Position numbers and translations under genes: made by a program. Of a stretch of 20,000 nt of DNA, positions 17,862 to 20,000 are shown piece after piece. The stretch's first letter is position 1, and every line of letters begins with the position of its first letter. Location: the NCBI GenBank assembly GCA_049999805.1, contig JBNGIO010006348.1:571402-591401 (forward strand), given 5' to 3'. The notes beneath the pieces were generated by a model, which was not told the DNA's origin, did not search any database, and saw nothing but the letters and a program-made list of their open reading frames with translations. This DNA comes from Folioceros fuciformis. Its lineage: Eukaryota.

Positions 17862-20000
17862 TCAAGGAAACGGGCCTCGCAGCAAGCCATACGCAGACAC
17901 GTAGTGCTCCTTCTCCGCCTTCTCTTTGAGGAGGCGACGTGAAGGCTCTGCTGAGCCTTCCCCCGTCCGACCGCTGTGATCACTGTCGTCCGCAATGCGC
18001 ATGGGCGCTTGAAGGCGTGATTCCAGATTGCGAACAACTCCCTCCGGATTTCTGCTGAACGCCTGCCACACTACAAAGTTGGTGCGAAAATGGATGAAAA
18101 GACTTTGATTCCTTAGCTTCCAGAGCGAGGACTCACCGCGATATTTGCCGCATCCGACACTACTTTAAGGCGAGTATAGTCCATCAAATAGTTCTTCTTG
18201 CTGCGCGCTTCGTTCGCCATGCTGCTACTGGCCTCCATACTCTTGATCTTTATGTTGGCGGCTCCTAGTTCCGCTAATGCTGTCTGATGATCATCCCATC
18301 AAGACGGAAACATCTTCTTGCTGTGCTCAGGCGAGTCATGCCAAACACCTGACATACCATCAAATTACCTGCAGGCTGCTCTCCGCTATTTGCAGGCTAC
18401 GCACTTTTTGAGCGATGTCCATACCAAGTGCTTTGACAGTGACACTGTGACTGTTTCTCTCGGCTTGCAAGTTGTTCCTTTCTAGACATTCACCAGCAAT
18501 GTTATGTCTAAGCTCCATCCCACTTTGGAATACGTCAATACAAAACTGCTGTCAGTCAGGTGGGTTTGGGACCTCCGTACCAACCTGCACACACCCTTTT
18601 GTATGCTTCATGGCCCTGAGATAGAGCGTCTTCCAGCTTCCCAATTTGACGTTGTGAACGAGCTAGGTCTTCTTTCGTCCTTGCAGCGTCGAAAGCGTTG
18701 GCTTTCAATCTCTCCGCATCAGCCTCCAGTGCTCTTAATTTCTGCTGTAGTTTCGCCACCTCTTCTGAAGCCGCTTGCAGCTCTGCCGTCCTGCCAACTT
18801 ATTTGAAAACACCACAAGTTCAGCAAGTAGCATTTCAATTCATGCTGTAGCTGTGTCCAATCACGGAAACCAGCCATTCAAGGGTTTTCTGGTAATCACT
18901 CAGTTCCTCTGACGGCCGCTTGTTTGAATCCGTAGCGTCGTTAAGTTCCTTCAACAGTTGATTATACGACTACAGCACAATGACCTGCCCGTATCAGTCA
19001 CCTACCCGTTCAAAGAATCAAATGCGCAAGGCAGTTGTACGCACGCACCTGTCCGCCTTGACGACATACACTCACCTGTGTACACAGTTCCAAAAAGTTG
19101 AATAATGAACCTGAGCGTTTGCAGCCTCGTCTTCGGCATGCTTCGTTCTCAATCTAGCAAGCTCAGCCTCGGCTTCTTGGTCCTTTTTTATCAACTCCCC
19201 TTTGCAATTTCTATTTTCCTTCTCTAAAGCAGCAACACTAGCTTCCAGTGCTGACACTTTGCTGTTAGAAGCTTCTAACTCCTTCTGTAATTGTTCAGCT
19301 TTTTGGCGAAGGGCTTCAGCATCTTTGTGAAGTTGCTCAGCGGCTAGTTTCTGTCTCGCCGCGATTTCTTCTGAATCCTGTCGTGCTTTGTTCAGTTCAT
19401 CCTGCAGTTTTTGGATCGTAGCAGCATAGCTATCTGCTTTTTCTGATGCCTGCCTCAGAGCTTCCTTCATCTTTGCCAGATCTTCCTGGAGACGGGACCT
19501 TTCCTCAGCAGCAGAGCTGGCAGCCTTCTCCATTTGTTCCTTAAACTTAGCAAGCTCTTCCTGGAGGCGGGATCGTTCCTCGGCAGCAGTGCTAACAGAC
19601 TTCTGCAGCTGTTCAGCTAAATTCTTAAGCTTCTCCTCGAGGGCCGCGTTCTGTTCCTGAGCTTTGACCAATTCACCAGTGAACCTCCTCACTTCAGACT
19701 CGTCTTTGCTCCTTTGTTCTCCCATGCTCTCCTGGTTCTTCAATGCTTGTGCCAACTGGGACTTTCCATCTGCAACATCCGACAGCAGCTTATCTCTCTC
19801 GGTCACGAGCGCCTGCAGCTTGGCTTCCAATGAAGCAATTTGGCCCTTCGATTTGTTTAATTCATCAGACTCTTTGCCCCTTTGCTCCGCCAAGTTCTTC
19901 AATGCCTGTGTCAACTGGCTCTTCAGAGCCGCAATCTCCGCCTGCAGCTGGTTCCTCTCTGCCACAAGCGCCTGCGTCGCTGCTTCAGCTTCAGCCAACT
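17862..20000 (-). CDS. 3' part of a long coiled-coil protein gene, family not recognised; exons >20000-19111, 18969-~18871, ~18790-18585, 18481-18369, 18283-18137, 18062-17862
   Basis: E/K/Q/A/L-rich heptad sequence continues across GT-AG introns (ANAQ|SYNQLLKEL; YKRVCA|ERNNLQAE; ESSLQ|TALAEL; ANIA|AFSRNP...RGPFP*). The phase of the junction between ~18871 and ~18790 could not be resolved. The 5' end is outside the window. Confidence 0.8.
19461..19970 (-). repeat. Intragenic repeats in the coiled-coil exon (75-nt and 159-nt periods)
   Basis: S(T/S)AAEERSRLQE(E/D)LAKxKE occurs twice (TCTTCCTGGAG at 19481 and 19556). LVxER...KSQLxQALKN occurs twice (TTCTTCAATGC at 19736 and 19895). Confidence 0.85.

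Overview
Eukaryotic nuclear DNA from an early-diverging land plant. A hornwort such as Anthoceros is the best guess, inferred from 74-151 nt GT-AG introns, tight gene packing and DYW:KP-type PPR genes. Bases 1-~5300 are a decayed transposon block: a truncated minus-strand Ty1/copia element (5' LTR, tRNA-iMet PBS, broken gag) directly abuts, and is probably nested in, a second plus-strand copia remnant. A 4x50-bp tandem array follows, then five tightly packed genes: (1) a 4-exon protein consisting essentially of an EDM2-type PHD module; (2) an intronless P-class PPR gene with ~19 repeats; (3, 4) two paralogous PLS-E1-E2-DYW genes lying head-to-head, with predicted ATGs only 291 bp apart; (5) the 3' part of a multi-exon coiled-coil gene. 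Genes 3 and 4 carry the variant DYW:KP deaminase signature (K-x-P/F-A-x-A-S-I, HAEKLA, no PG box or SHP, C-termini DDN and DQ rather than DYW), the clade linked to reverse U-to-C organellar RNA editing. Each also has three small 5' exons, with identical intron phases (1,0,2), that are not joined in the ORF track and supply a putative organellar targeting leader. All gene models were built by hand and are not confirmed by transcripts.
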